Assembly: GCA_037305845.1 (NCBI GenBank)
Contig: CP147778.1
Span: forward strand, 2,688,001 to 2,752,000
From: Candidatus Freyarchaeum deiterrae
GTDB taxonomy: Archaea > Asgardarchaeota > Jordiarchaeia > Jordiarchaeales > Jordiarchaeaceae
Direction: 5' to 3'
Length of the DNA: 64,000 bases
Below are positions 36,035-46,089 of this stretch, piece after piece. Each line of letters starts with the position of its first letter. The first letter of the stretch is position 1. Position numbers and translations under genes: made by a program. Under the pieces are notes generated by a model. The model was given only the letters and a program-made list of their open reading frames with translations, had not been told where the DNA came from and did no database searches.

Positions 36035-36309
36035 AGAATCTTCCCCTCTAGTCGAAGTTCAAATCATACTCTGCCAGTGTCTAATCTATAAATGTTCTAG
36101 TTTCAATCTAGATTCAACCTCAACCTCTTTGTGACTTCTTATAAATAACTCTTAATAGACTAATATTTTTTTCCTGGCTTTTAGATAACGTAAAACTGTT
36201 AAATGATGAGTGGCAGGTTATAAACAAAAAGGTTCTAAAAATAACATTTCTAGTTTCTTTTTTCACAAAATTATTTTAAGAACTGTATCGTGGAAATATT
36301 TCGATTTAT

Positions 36310-37152
36310 CTAGTAATAAATGAAATTACCGTTAGAGTCTATATCATAGTAAAGTCTTTTGGTGTTAATTAAGAAAGGCCCTTTAATGACCTGTATATAA
36401 TTTTTTAATTTTTCTCCGGTATCCTCTCTCTTAAAGTTGATTATGACATCTGTCATATGGGATATCATGGCTTGAAACTTGGTGGAGTGTGCATCCATAT
36501 TTAAAGGATAGAAAGCCAAGTCGCCGTACTGTTTATGTAAGCGTGAAACGCGTCTAAAAAATCTCGTAATGTAGGGTTCGGATACACCGATAGACAAATC
36601 AGTTAGGCTGAAAAACAGCCAAACAACCCACGCATTCTCGGGCAAACTCTCTCTAACCGTCTTCATAATCGAAAATAATTTATCATTATCAAAGGGGTCA
36701 TCTAAAGTATACATTTTATCATTATACAAGTATTTTTCATTTCCAACCTCACTAGAAAAACAGTTAATAATCCTCATTCTGTCAAGACTAAGAACTCTAT
36801 CATTCTTAACTTTCTCTCCTTTTAATTCAAAAACTCCCATTTTGTAAAAAAGATCCTCTACATGTCTACCATAATCCACTAGGATCAAATAGAATTCTCT
36901 ACCGATCTCAGCTGGCAATATACAGTTTAAGAGTTCAGCGTATCTGTAACTGGCTTGATGGGCAATTAGAACCATCGAATTGCTTAAAAAGCCGCCTCCC
37001 AAACTTCCATCTAGCTTTGGTGTACCTGTGCTAACAATATCATGTCTACCCTCAAATTCTCCTCTTAAACGTGGAGTAGAAGATTTGTTTTTGTAACGAT
37101 TTGATTCCGGCTTTCGCTTATCTTCTTCTTCTTCTTCTTCGATAATGGCCAT
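36310..37152 (-). CDS. RAD55/KaiC-like RecA-fold protein, Walker A degenerate
   Basis: STGTPKLDGSLGGGF; P-loop position reads HQASYRY; paralog of its neighbours; start uncertain (ATG 37152 chosen). Confidence 0.78.
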   Translation of the reverse strand: MAIIEEEEEEDKRKPESNRYKNKSSTPRLRGEFEGRHDIVSTGTPKLDGSLGGGFLSNSMVLIAHQASYRYAELLNCILPAEIGREFYLILVDYGRHVEDLFYKMGVFELKGEKVKNDRVLSLDRMRIINCFSSEVGNEKYLYNDKMYTLDDPFDNDKLFSIMKTVRESLPENAWVVWLFFSLTDLSIGVSEPYITRFFRRVSRLHKQYGDLAFYPLNMDAHSTKFQAMISHMTDVIINFKREDTGEKLKNYIQVIKGPFLINTKRLYYDIDSNGNFIYY

Positions 37153-37494
37153 CCAGCCTCCCCTATTTTCTCTAAACTTGCTTGTTTTATTTTTCACGTT
37201 TTAAGCTAATATACTTTTTGATTTTTGGCGGTGCTGTAAATTGTACGCAGTTGATTTAGGAAGTAGTTTCTGAAACACATTATCTTCTTTTCAATTTTAA
37301 AATTTACGGATATAATAACAGACTTATTAGAATATTTATCATGACAGGGCCTTTCTACTTATGATTCTGAACCTTGAGGGCGGGTATTGCTTGTTCGAAA
37401 GTAGTTTACAAAGTTTTAGAATTTAGTCACTGAAAGTTTTCTAAAAATAGACTTTAGATATAACGCGTTTAATATTTTGTAAAGATTTATTCTT

Positions 37495-37511
37495 CTTACC
37501 TTTTTGGTAAG
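37495..37511. promoter_or_regulatory. Palindromic operator CTTACC-N5-GGTAAG upstream of the ArsR-like gene
   Basis: Perfect inverted repeat; part of a 22-bp block (37490-37511) identical to 38907-38928; TATA-like TTTTAAAT starts at 37532. Confidence 0.75.
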
Positions 37512-37572
37512 TAACTTTATGATAAATAAACTTTTAAATATGGCAACTCCATATTTAGAGTGGGGTTGCCTT

Positions 37573-37971
37573 ATGCGCCCAAGAATCAGAAAAATGAGAA
37601 TCATAACAAAAAGCGGAAGAATCATACTAGAAGAGGATTTAAGTTCCAAAACCGAAGACACCCACGATATTGACACGATTATAGATCTGTTAAGGCTAGT
37701 CTCGAACGAGTCTCGTTACAAGATAATTCGTATAATAGCTGAAAAGCAAGCCATTAGCTTTACCGAGCTACACCAATTAGCTGGCTACAGCCAAAAAACC
37801 ATAGCCCAAGCACTAGATGACCTGCTCCGCATAAAAGCAATATCCAAAGAATACGAGGGATACATGCTCTCTATAATCGGTAAACTACTGCTAAGCAAAC
37901 TCATGGAAATAGCGAGTATAATCAATAAAGTCAAAGAATTACAAGACCTTGAATTAGATTTTGACCTTTAA
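37573..37971 (+). CDS. ArsR-family winged-helix transcription regulator
   Basis: LVSNESRYKIIRII...ISFTELHQLAGYSQKTIAQALDDL...YMLSIIGK; start set at ATG 37573, downstream of the TATA box. Confidence 0.8.
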   Translation: MRPRIRKMRIITKSGRIILEEDLSSKTEDTHDIDTIIDLLRLVSNESRYKIIRIIAEKQAISFTELHQLAGYSQKTIAQALDDLLRIKAISKEYEGYMLSIIGKLLLSKLMEIASIINKVKELQDLELDFDL

Positions 37972-38074
37972 AAAGCTTCAAAAAAAGGATTTAATTTGCC
38001 TTTTTGAGATGCGTCCCCTACCAGATGATGTTCTCAAGAACAGTATTCTTTCTAGTGGCTTCCCATGAACTATT

Positions 38075-38806
38075 TTAATAAAAAATAACTTTCCCAGGTC
38101 CCTTGGATTCATAGTAAAGTTTCTTAGTATCAATAGGGAAAACCCCTTTAACCACCTGCATATAACTCTTCAATCTGTCCTCTTTTTCCTCTACCCGTAA
38201 GTCGATTGCGACATCTACCATCTGAGTTATTATAGCAGGAAAATTTTTGCCATGAGCCCCTATATTCAAAAGATAGAAGGCTAGATCATTGTAACTCTTG
38301 TGAAGACTAAACACTCTTCTAAAAAACTTCGCCAATGCCTCCTCGGAAACAACAACACTCATATCACTTAAAGTATTAAAAACCCAAATACCCCACTTAT
38401 TTTTACCAAGCCCTTCCCTAACTCGCCTCATAGTTGAGTACAGTTTGTCTGTTTCAAAGGGATAAGAAATCTGATGAACACTACCTCCATCAAACTTTTT
38501 AGTTGTTTCGCCTTCTTGTGTAAAGCAATCAATTACGCTGAAAAACTCTCCCTCAGTAACTTTATTTTCCTCATCAAATGCTGCTTTAACATTTGAATGG
38601 TTAAGGATCACTCTAGCAGGAGATATGAAGTTCACTATTATAACATGAGCGTTCTCCATCTGCTTAATAAGGGTCGATTCGGCAAAATCGAGAAATGTTG
38701 TGCCCGTTTGATGGGAAATCAGAACTACTGCGTTGGATGGTATTCCCCCGCCCAAACGTTTATCTAATTCCGGTATTCCGGTCTTAATAGTTTTAACTCC
38801 TTGCAT
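38075..38806 (-). CDS. RAD55/KaiC-like RecA-fold protein, Walker A degenerate
   Basis: IKTGIPELDKRLGGGIP; P-loop position reads HQTGTTF with no GKT. Confidence 0.82.
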   Translation of the reverse strand: MQGVKTIKTGIPELDKRLGGGIPSNAVVLISHQTGTTFLDFAESTLIKQMENAHVIIVNFISPARVILNHSNVKAAFDEENKVTEGEFFSVIDCFTQEGETTKKFDGGSVHQISYPFETDKLYSTMRRVREGLGKNKWGIWVFNTLSDMSVVVSEEALAKFFRRVFSLHKSYNDLAFYLLNIGAHGKNFPAIITQMVDVAIDLRVEEKEDRLKSYMQVVKGVFPIDTKKLYYESKGPGKVIFY

Positions 38807-38911
38807 TAATTGTCACTTCTGTTGGGGACTTTTACTGTCCGCTCATTTAATCTTCTCGATGTCAATAAGGATATATCTATTTTTACCAATTATTTTTTAC
38901 TACTACTTCTT

Positions 38912-38956
38912 CTTACCTTTTTGGTAAGCAACTTCCCCATACGGTAAGTTTATATA
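38912..38956 (+). promoter_or_regulatory. hsp20 promoter: two CTT(A/C)CC-N5-GGTAAG sites and a TATA box
   Basis: Perfect site at 38912-38928; one-mismatch site at 38932-38948 directly abutting TTTATATA (38949-38956). Confidence 0.75.
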
Positions 38957-39026
38957 CCTCTAATTCAATCGAATATATTGACACACAAACTATTCAAGAT
39001 TAAAAGATTTGAAAAGGTGGAAGAAA

Positions 39027-39587
39027 ATGGAACCGAGAAGAAAAAGTTTTTGGGACCTATTCGGGTTCAACGAAATTTTTGGATTTGACGAAATGTTCCA
39101 GAAAATGCAAGAATACATTCAGAAAGCAGCGGAAACCGGAGAACTCGACGAGAAATCCTTCACCATCCCATTCGAAGGCCCAGACTACAAAGGCATCATA
39201 AGATACGAATACTCTAACATACCTCTAAACGAACAAGACATCGAATTAAGATCACCACTTCCCGAAGAACCGGAACCGGAACCAGTACCTCGAAAACCCA
39301 AGAGAATCAGGCCAGAAAAACCACTAGGAGTCCCCGTTCAGAACACAATAGAAGACCCACTGGTGGACGTAATAGAAAACCCCGACGAGTTAGTGGTCAT
39401 AGCAGAAGTTCCGGCGGCCAGTAGAGACGATATCAAACTCAACCTCACCGAGAGAAATCTGGAGATAAGAGTTGATTCACCAGCCATGTTCTACAAAGTG
39501 GTTCAACTACCCTGCGAAGTGGACTGCGACAGCGCTAAAGCCGACTTTAGAAACAGAATACTCGAAATAAAAATAAAGAAAAAATAA
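39027..39587 (+). CDS. hsp20: Small heat shock protein (archaeal Hsp20)
   Basis: EDPLVDVIE..ELVVIAEVP...FYKVVQLPCEVD..SAKADFRNRILEI alpha-crystallin domain. Confidence 0.9.
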   Translation: MEPRRKSFWDLFGFNEIFGFDEMFQKMQEYIQKAAETGELDEKSFTIPFEGPDYKGIIRYEYSNIPLNEQDIELRSPLPEEPEPEPVPRKPKRIRPEKPLGVPVQNTIEDPLVDVIENPDELVVIAEVPAASRDDIKLNLTERNLEIRVDSPAMFYKVVQLPCEVDCDSAKADFRNRILEIKIKKK

Positions 39588-39648
39588 AACCCAGCACCCT
39601 TTACTCAATAAGAGTTTATTCGGGATAAAGGAGGGCGTAAACAAATAT

Positions 39649-40383
39649 ATGTCCGAATCAAGCACGGCGGTTCCAATAAAATTTGAGAAGAATAAACCCA
39701 ACTATTTAAAATATGTTGAATTTATTGGATCCGCTCATTTTAGCAAAACGAGCATTATGGAAGTCATGGAGAGAGTGCAGGAACTAAGACCAGACGCCGT
39801 AGCACTAGAGCTATGTCCTCCCCGCTACTACCACTTGCAGCGAGTATGCTTGAATTGCCCGAGAAGAGGAAATTGCGACCGCAAATGTGAGTTCATCATC
39901 TCAACAGATTACCTCGCCAATAAGGATACGGACATCTGGCTCATAGATATGGAAGAACCAGAAATCCAAACCCGAATAAGACGCACCGCCACAAATAGAG
40001 AGGTTAGAGAATGGCTCAGAGCCTCCAGATACGTAGCATCTAAAGAGAAAGAGGGATTACAACTCTGGGAGGCCGGTCGCAAAGAAGAAGCCATGCATGT
40101 TTTCGACACCAATACCGAAATAATGAGAAGAACCTTCCCAAGCCTCTGGAAAGTTCTCATTGAACAGAGAAACGCGTTAATGGCCGCAAGACTCTACTAC
40201 ATTATAAAGAGCTATCTAGACAAAGGACTGAAGGATTTCAAAATTCTCGCGGTAACCGGAGCCGCGCACGTTCCGGGTTTGGAAGAACTGCTTCGCAACC
40301 CCGAATTGGCCTTTGAAACTATGAAAAAATACGGAATAAAACCCACACCTCCCTTCCGAATTAGAAGAATAAGAATAGACTAA
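39649..40383 (+). CDS. TraB/PrgY/GumN-family domain protein
   Basis: IGSAHFSKTS, RPDAVALELCPPR, LIEQRNALMA, AVTGAAHVPG. Confidence 0.85.
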   Translation: MSESSTAVPIKFEKNKPNYLKYVEFIGSAHFSKTSIMEVMERVQELRPDAVALELCPPRYYHLQRVCLNCPRRGNCDRKCEFIISTDYLANKDTDIWLIDMEEPEIQTRIRRTATNREVREWLRASRYVASKEKEGLQLWEAGRKEEAMHVFDTNTEIMRRTFPSLWKVLIEQRNALMAARLYYIIKSYLDKGLKDFKILAVTGAAHVPGLEELLRNPELAFETMKKYGIKPTPPFRIRRIRID

Positions 40384-40599
40384 TACCACAGTATTATTCC
40401 CAACACTTACTTTCTATCATTTTGCAGTCACTCTTCTTCCCTTTATCCTATTTTTGGAAAACATCTTTTGTTTCAATATTTTTGGTAGATGACTTTTTTT
40501 AGAGATAAGATGCATTTTCTATTTTTTTCTGTTATTTATTAACACAAAACTTTTATTATGAACACACCCCTTAGGTTACCACGATAGGAGAAGAGGCCG

Positions 40600-41145
40600 A
40601 TGAGTTCTTGGTTTAACTGGGGACCGGTATCGTACACCTATATAACACTGGAACTAGAAATGAACAGGATTCCCGAAATCAATGTACCAGACGATGTCAA
40701 AGTTAGAAAATATAATCCCGAAAATGATGCCGGGCTTCTAGCAACTCTACACAACGAAATCATGAAAGAATTCCGAGACTTCGCAATCTTAACCGAAGAC
40801 TTCTTGAAAAAGGTATCAACAAACTGTTCATTCATAGCAGAAATCAATGAAGCCCCGGTAGGAATGGGACTGTGCACTGTAGCAGACACCAAAAAAGGGC
40901 GACTCGGATACATCGCAGAATTCTGTGTAATAAAAAATTACCGAAAGAAAAGGGTGGGCTCAGCTCTCCTGAAAAACATATTCGCCTGCTTCAATGCAAA
41001 CAACGTGGAAAAAATCACCTGCGAGGTCTTAGACGAAAACAATCTAACCCTACTCCTTTTGAGAGATAAACTCGGATTCAAAGAGGTAGAAAGAACAACC
41101 ATGATCTCCTCCGGAGCCCCCCCCGACCTATACGGTCAAGGATAA
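40600..41145 (+). CDS. GNAT-family N-acetyltransferase
   Basis: GYIAEFCVIKNYRKKRVGSALL motif A; N..(A)...KLGFKE motif B. Confidence 0.88.
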   Translation: MSSWFNWGPVSYTYITLELEMNRIPEINVPDDVKVRKYNPENDAGLLATLHNEIMKEFRDFAILTEDFLKKVSTNCSFIAEINEAPVGMGLCTVADTKKGRLGYIAEFCVIKNYRKKRVGSALLKNIFACFNANNVEKITCEVLDENNLTLLLLRDKLGFKEVERTTMISSGAPPDLYGQG

Positions 41146-41149
41146 GGAA

Positions 41150-41350
41150 GATGCCATTCCAAGCATTTTATCAGGGGAAAGTCAGCAGGAAGGAACAGGT
41201 GAAGATACTAAAAAGGAACAACTCTACTACTACTAACATTACTGAAAAACTTCAAGAAAAATAGAATAAAAGAATTCCCGATGAAATATATGGAAACAAA
41301 ACTCTCGCAAGAAACCTCTATACTGCAAAAAAATCTCAAATCTAAGCCTT
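41150..41350 (+). pseudogene. Possible degraded GNAT C-terminal fragment
   Basis: Frameshifted pieces GTTLLLLTLLKNFKKNRIKE and EIYGNKTLARNLY resemble the C-terminal half of a GNAT. Confidence 0.3.
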
Positions 41351-41552
41351 TTTTTAAGAAAATTACCAAAAAATTCAACATTTTTTTGAGTATTTAACAA
41401 ATTTGGAAACTTTTTTGCAATAATTTTTATATATTAGAAAGAAAAATAAGAATGCAGTGTACCCCTCTTATAAAATTTGATGTATAATTTGTTTATTTAA
41501 ATTGCGGGTGCGTAGCATCTTTGGAAGAGAAGGAGAATAAATAATCCTCAGC

Positions 41553-41830
41553 AAGAAGAAATAAAAAAAGCAATTGAAACCTTCAGAGTAACAGAGGTTG
41601 AACCTGTAGAGGTTACATATGTAATAGGAAGATTGTTAGGTGAGACTGCTCTAGCGACTGTGGGCAATGTAGAAATAGGGCAAGAGGGTGCTCGAAGTTT
41701 TACTTGTGAAGGAGCTAAAGCAAGTATGTTTAACATATAACACCACAAGGGCGATGTTAGAAAAACTTTTAATGGGATTGAGTAGTTCGGCGGAGAAGCG
41801 ATACACACACAATATACGACGTTAGAAATA
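41553..41830 (+). pseudogene. Degenerate copy of the SDR 5' region
   Basis: Clear nucleotide similarity to ~43530-43840 (ggaagattgtt.ggt.ag..tgctct, tgaaggagc.aaag, tgtttaacatataacacca, agttcggcggaga), with stops and frameshifts. Confidence 0.8.
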
Positions 41831-41898
41831 GCGGGTTGATGCGGGAAATCTAACTAAAAATAAGGGGGGTTATAAAAACTCTGTTCGGAGGTACCTTA

Positions 41899-43455
41899 AT
41901 GCAGATTGATATTAAAGACGAATATGATGTAATAATTTTAGGTAGTGGCCTTACCGGTCTTATGGTAGGAAATGTCTTGCAAAAAAATGGCTTTTCTACT
42001 TTAATCGTGGATAAGATGCCAAAAGCCGGTGGTAAATGTTGTGAACTAAACTGGCATGGAGTAAAATTCGACAATTTTGGCAAATGGGATACTGTATACG
42101 GAACAAGTAATCCAAAGGAAAGTTCGTTCTATCGCGCATGTATGGAAGCCGATTTGGAGCTCAAATTAAATCCTGTGCCTTGGAGAGTCGGATTCCTCAA
42201 GAAGGGAGGAACTAAGCCCGAATACTTATCAATTGACAACTGGGAAGGCGGTAGGGCGATGTTAGATTTCGCTAAAAAGATGACTGGAATAGAATTAACC
42301 GAATCACAAAAAGAAGAATTCACCCAAACTCTCAAGAAGATGCAATCCTACTCCTTTAAAGAACTGATGAAAATGACTAATTTGAGTTTAAAAGAATGGA
42401 TAGATCAAAATGTTAAAGATGAACTGGTAAAACAGTTTTTTAATCTGGGATGTATCGTAACTGATACTCCACCCGAAGAAGCTGGTTTTCCTCATAGTGC
42501 TTGGACGACAGGGAATTTAGTACAAGGGAAGTTTTCTTATGTAACTGTTGCCGGAGGGTCATTATTCAAAACATTGATAACACCGCTGGTTGAGTCAGCT
42601 CAAGAAAAAGGCGCAGACATCTTAACTAATTACACGGTACAAGAAATTGTAATCAAAGATAATGCCGTAGACAGTGTTTGGATTATGGATAATTCAACGT
42701 TTCTAAACTATAAAATCAAGGCGAAAAATATTATAGTTAACATACCGCTCTTCGATGCTTATCCCAAACTGCTAAAGGATGAAATGTTAGACAGTGATGA
42801 ATTAGAATACATTAAACGACTTAAAGAAACAAATACTAACGATTTATCGTGCTATTACATATTGAAAAAAGGCACGATTAAAGATCTTCCTGGGCATTTC
42901 CACTGTTTCGATGTTACTTCGGGCATTCCTATCTATATCGGTGAGATGGCTCAGCAAAAAGTCTTTGGAGCTATTGTGCCAGATGAGTATGATTATCTTC
43001 AGGTTTACATCCCCGGAGGACATGCTGGAGGTTACTTGATGTACAAAGGTGATCCATATGATGTTTCCTATGAAACGCTGGAAAAAGTCAAAAACCAAGT
43101 TCTCGGAATCATCACCCAATGGATGGTGCCCGGTTTCAAGGAAAATATTGTGTACTCCGCAATAACTTGGTCACCTAATTTCGGGCGATACTGCCAGATG
43201 GCATTCCCTACAAATGTTGAATCGAAATCAAAGAAAATCAATGGACTTTACTTCGCAGGTGATACCGTTGATGTCACTTGTATAGGCAAACTCGGCATAG
43301 AAAGATGCGGTGAAGTCGCCCTAAGATGCACTAGAGCATTCTTGGAAGATAATAAAGAAACCCAAAAAGTCACAATAAGTCGGATTAGTGGGGTAAAACC
43401 CGTCACCAAACCTCAAAAAAGAAAAGGTATCTCTAAAAAAGCTGAAGTCACTTGA
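41899..43455 (+). CDS. FAD-dependent oxidoreductase (phytoene desaturase / amine oxidase-like)
   Basis: YDVIILGSGLTG Rossmann motif, D..PKAGG, C-terminal GLYFAGD. Confidence 0.85.
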   Translation: MQIDIKDEYDVIILGSGLTGLMVGNVLQKNGFSTLIVDKMPKAGGKCCELNWHGVKFDNFGKWDTVYGTSNPKESSFYRACMEADLELKLNPVPWRVGFLKKGGTKPEYLSIDNWEGGRAMLDFAKKMTGIELTESQKEEFTQTLKKMQSYSFKELMKMTNLSLKEWIDQNVKDELVKQFFNLGCIVTDTPPEEAGFPHSAWTTGNLVQGKFSYVTVAGGSLFKTLITPLVESAQEKGADILTNYTVQEIVIKDNAVDSVWIMDNSTFLNYKIKAKNIIVNIPLFDAYPKLLKDEMLDSDELEYIKRLKETNTNDLSCYYILKKGTIKDLPGHFHCFDVTSGIPIYIGEMAQQKVFGAIVPDEYDYLQVYIPGGHAGGYLMYKGDPYDVSYETLEKVKNQVLGIITQWMVPGFKENIVYSAITWSPNFGRYCQMAFPTNVESKSKKINGLYFAGDTVDVTCIGKLGIERCGEVALRCTRAFLEDNKETQKVTISRISGVKPVTKPQKRKGISKKAEVT

Positions 43456-43484
43456 AGCATCATTTAAATTATGGAGGCCGTAGC

Positions 43485-44438
43485 ATGACTTTGGAAAAGA
43501 AGGAAATTAAAGAATCATCAGCGAAGAATAAAGAAAAAAAAATAATTGAAACCGTCAAAGTGAGGGCACCTGAATCTGAAGCCGCCTTAGATAAGTCCAA
43601 AATAGCTGTCGAACCTGAGAAAGTCGCGTATGTAAAGGGAAGATTGTTGGGTAAGGTTGCTCTGGTGACTGGGGGCAGTGTAGGAATAGGACAAGGGATT
43701 GCTCGACGTTTTGCTCTTGAAGGAGCGAAAGTCTGTTTAACATATAACACCAACAAAGATGAGGCGAGAAAAACAGTTGATGAGATTGAAGAGTTCGGCG
43801 GAGAGGCGATATATCCGCAATGCGATGTCAGAAATAGAGAACGAATATTGAAGGTTGTGGAAGAAACCGAGGAAAATTTTGGAAGCATAGACATCCTTGT
43901 GAACAATGCTGGGATAATGGAGCCATGTTTTCTTGTCGACATGTCATTCGAAAAATGGCAGGACATGTTCAAAGTTCATGTTGAAGGCACATTCTCATTC
44001 TGCAAATCCGCCCTCAAAAACATGAAGGAGGGTGGAAGAATTATCAACATATCATCAGTATCGGCAATCAACGGAGATGTATTCTTGTCACATTACAGTG
44101 CAGCGAAAGCAGCAATAGTGGGACTTACAAAATCACTAGCAATGGAAGTGGCACACAGGAAAATCACCGTAAATGCGATTGCACCTGGAATGATTCGTAC
44201 GCCCCTGTCGAAACCGTTAGAAGCGGTTTTACCGGATCTTTGGAAAAATATACCTGTTAGAAGGTGGGGCGAAGTAGAAGATGTGGCAGAGGTCGCAGCT
44301 TTCCTGGCTTCACCAGGGGCGAGCTACGTAACGGGGCAGGTAATCGTCGTGGACGGTGGATTCAGCATAACGAAAGCTGGATATGCGATGGCGGATTTAA
44401 TCACGGACTCTAAAGGTATATTAAACATAAAGCAATGA
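43485..44438 (+). CDS. SDR-family oxidoreductase (FabG-like)
   Basis: TGGSVGIG, NNAG, YSAAK, NAIAPG, VDGG; GGAGG RBS before ATG 43485. Confidence 0.92.
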   Translation: MTLEKKEIKESSAKNKEKKIIETVKVRAPESEAALDKSKIAVEPEKVAYVKGRLLGKVALVTGGSVGIGQGIARRFALEGAKVCLTYNTNKDEARKTVDEIEEFGGEAIYPQCDVRNRERILKVVEETEENFGSIDILVNNAGIMEPCFLVDMSFEKWQDMFKVHVEGTFSFCKSALKNMKEGGRIINISSVSAINGDVFLSHYSAAKAAIVGLTKSLAMEVAHRKITVNAIAPGMIRTPLSKPLEAVLPDLWKNIPVRRWGEVEDVAEVAAFLASPGASYVTGQVIVVDGGFSITKAGYAMADLITDSKGILNIKQ

Positions 44439-45135
44439 TTTCTATCTTCGGCTGGAATACAGTTATTTATCTCTTCTACTTTTTTAACACGCACGTTCTG
44501 AAGCTCACCGGATAACCTGGTCCACATAGTTCTGGAATCAGCAATATTCATGTGACCTCTGTGCGAAAACAAACTGCATGTAAGAAAGATCATGCATTGG
44601 GATATCAAGAGAAAATCCGCGGTCTTCTAGGAGACTGTGAAGTAGCTCCACTTCACCAACTCCGACTGTAAGTTGTCTAGGTCCCCTTCAAACCCAAAGG
44701 ATTTAGTTCCTCTACCTTCCTCACGTAGTCCAATGAACTGACGTGGTGTTCTTCTGTGGTGAAGCTCTCCTAGATTGTCAGAACCGTAGACCAGATCCTG
44801 CAGTTCTCCCTACTCCATGTGAATGGTATTAAAACCCCGGCCAGATGGATATAACCTGAAATTTCCCAAAGTTCAGCGGGAATTTAATGGATAGTGTGAA
44901 ATTAAATTTCATTTTTAAAATAATATGCATTATTTCTCTAAAATCATATATTATTACCACATGATTATAAAAAACAGCAAAGTATATAATATTGAAACTT
45001 AATACATTAGTTGTCTAAATAGAATTCGAAATGGAAAGCGTAACCATTATTGAAAACATAGTTAAAAACAGCAACACTTTTCTAAGCTGTTTAGATTACA
45101 CAATTTTTAAAAAATGATGCGAGGTGTATGAGATA

Positions 45136-45600
45136 ATGTCTGTAAAATTAGACCCCTTTATCGATGCTCTCGTTTTCAGTACAGTGGTAAGTTCTCTGGA
45201 TAAGCTGGGACTAAACCCAATGTTGTTAGCTCGCCAAGCTGGTAGAATAATGTCAACCACAATAGGTGTTATGGTCCAACAGCTTTTAGGTAAAAATCTT
45301 CCAAAAACTTTGGAAGAGCATTGCAAGATGTCTGAAGCATTTTTTAAACCCGCCCAAACAGCCGACCCGGATAAGTCTAAAATCTTTGCCTCTAACAATG
45401 CTATCAATATGGAGATAGTTGACTGCGTTTACAAAACCCAGGCTGAGTTGGGAAAAAGCTTGGGATACAAAGCCTGCCCACTATGCATCCAAGCCTTCTG
45501 TGAAGCCGCCTTAACTAAAGGCGTAAATATAGCTGAGATTGAAAATTTTCAAGTGGAACGCAATGGAGAAACTTGCATCATTAAAATAAAACTGGCATAA
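45136..45600 (+). CDS. V4R-like small Cys-rich protein (paralog 1)
   Basis: LDKLGLNPML; DCVY...GYKACPLC...TC; GAGGTG RBS. Confidence 0.7.
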   Translation: MSVKLDPFIDALVFSTVVSSLDKLGLNPMLLARQAGRIMSTTIGVMVQQLLGKNLPKTLEEHCKMSEAFFKPAQTADPDKSKIFASNNAINMEIVDCVYKTQAELGKSLGYKACPLCIQAFCEAALTKGVNIAEIENFQVERNGETCIIKIKLA

Positions 45601-45630
45601 AAATAAAATAAATGCGAGGTGTATGATGTA

Positions 45631-46089
45631 ATGCGTGAAATAGATTCAAATTACCATGCTCTCGTTTTCGGTACCTTGTTTACCGCTTTGGATAAAGTGG
45701 GACTGAATCCCATGTTAATAGCCCGCAATGCCTCCAAGATGTTATCCCAACTGTATGACGGCCCAGCCGAACGAATTTTAGGTGAAAAGCATCCATCTAC
45801 TGTGGAGGAGCTAATTACCCAAATGGAAAAACTAAAAACCAGCAGAACATCAGAAAAGTCTGAAAATTCCTACTCTAACGGCGTTATCACCATGAAGTTT
45901 GTTGACTGTATGTACCTACCCCTGAACAATTATGGAAAGAGCAATGGATACAAATCCTGCCCTATGTGTATCCAAGCCCTTTTGTTATCCTCTTCAATTA
46001 AAGCCCTAAAACTGGGTGAGGTTAAAGATATTCAATTAGAAAACAATGAAAACACTTGCGCCCTCAAACTAAAATTGGCAGAAAAATAA
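45631..46089 (+). CDS. V4R-like small Cys-rich protein (paralog 2)
   Basis: LDKVGLNPML; DCMY...GYKSCPMC...TC. Confidence 0.7.
   Translation: MREIDSNYHALVFGTLFTALDKVGLNPMLIARNASKMLSQLYDGPAERILGEKHPSTVEELITQMEKLKTSRTSEKSENSYSNGVITMKFVDCMYLPLNNYGKSNGYKSCPMCIQALLLSSSIKALKLGEVKDIQLENNENTCALKLKLAEK

Noticed and set aside
44440-44870. GC-richer intergenic stretch, possible IS or gene remnant
   Set aside because: The minus-strand frames I translated are broken and show no transposase motif; no terminal inverted repeats or target duplication were recognised.
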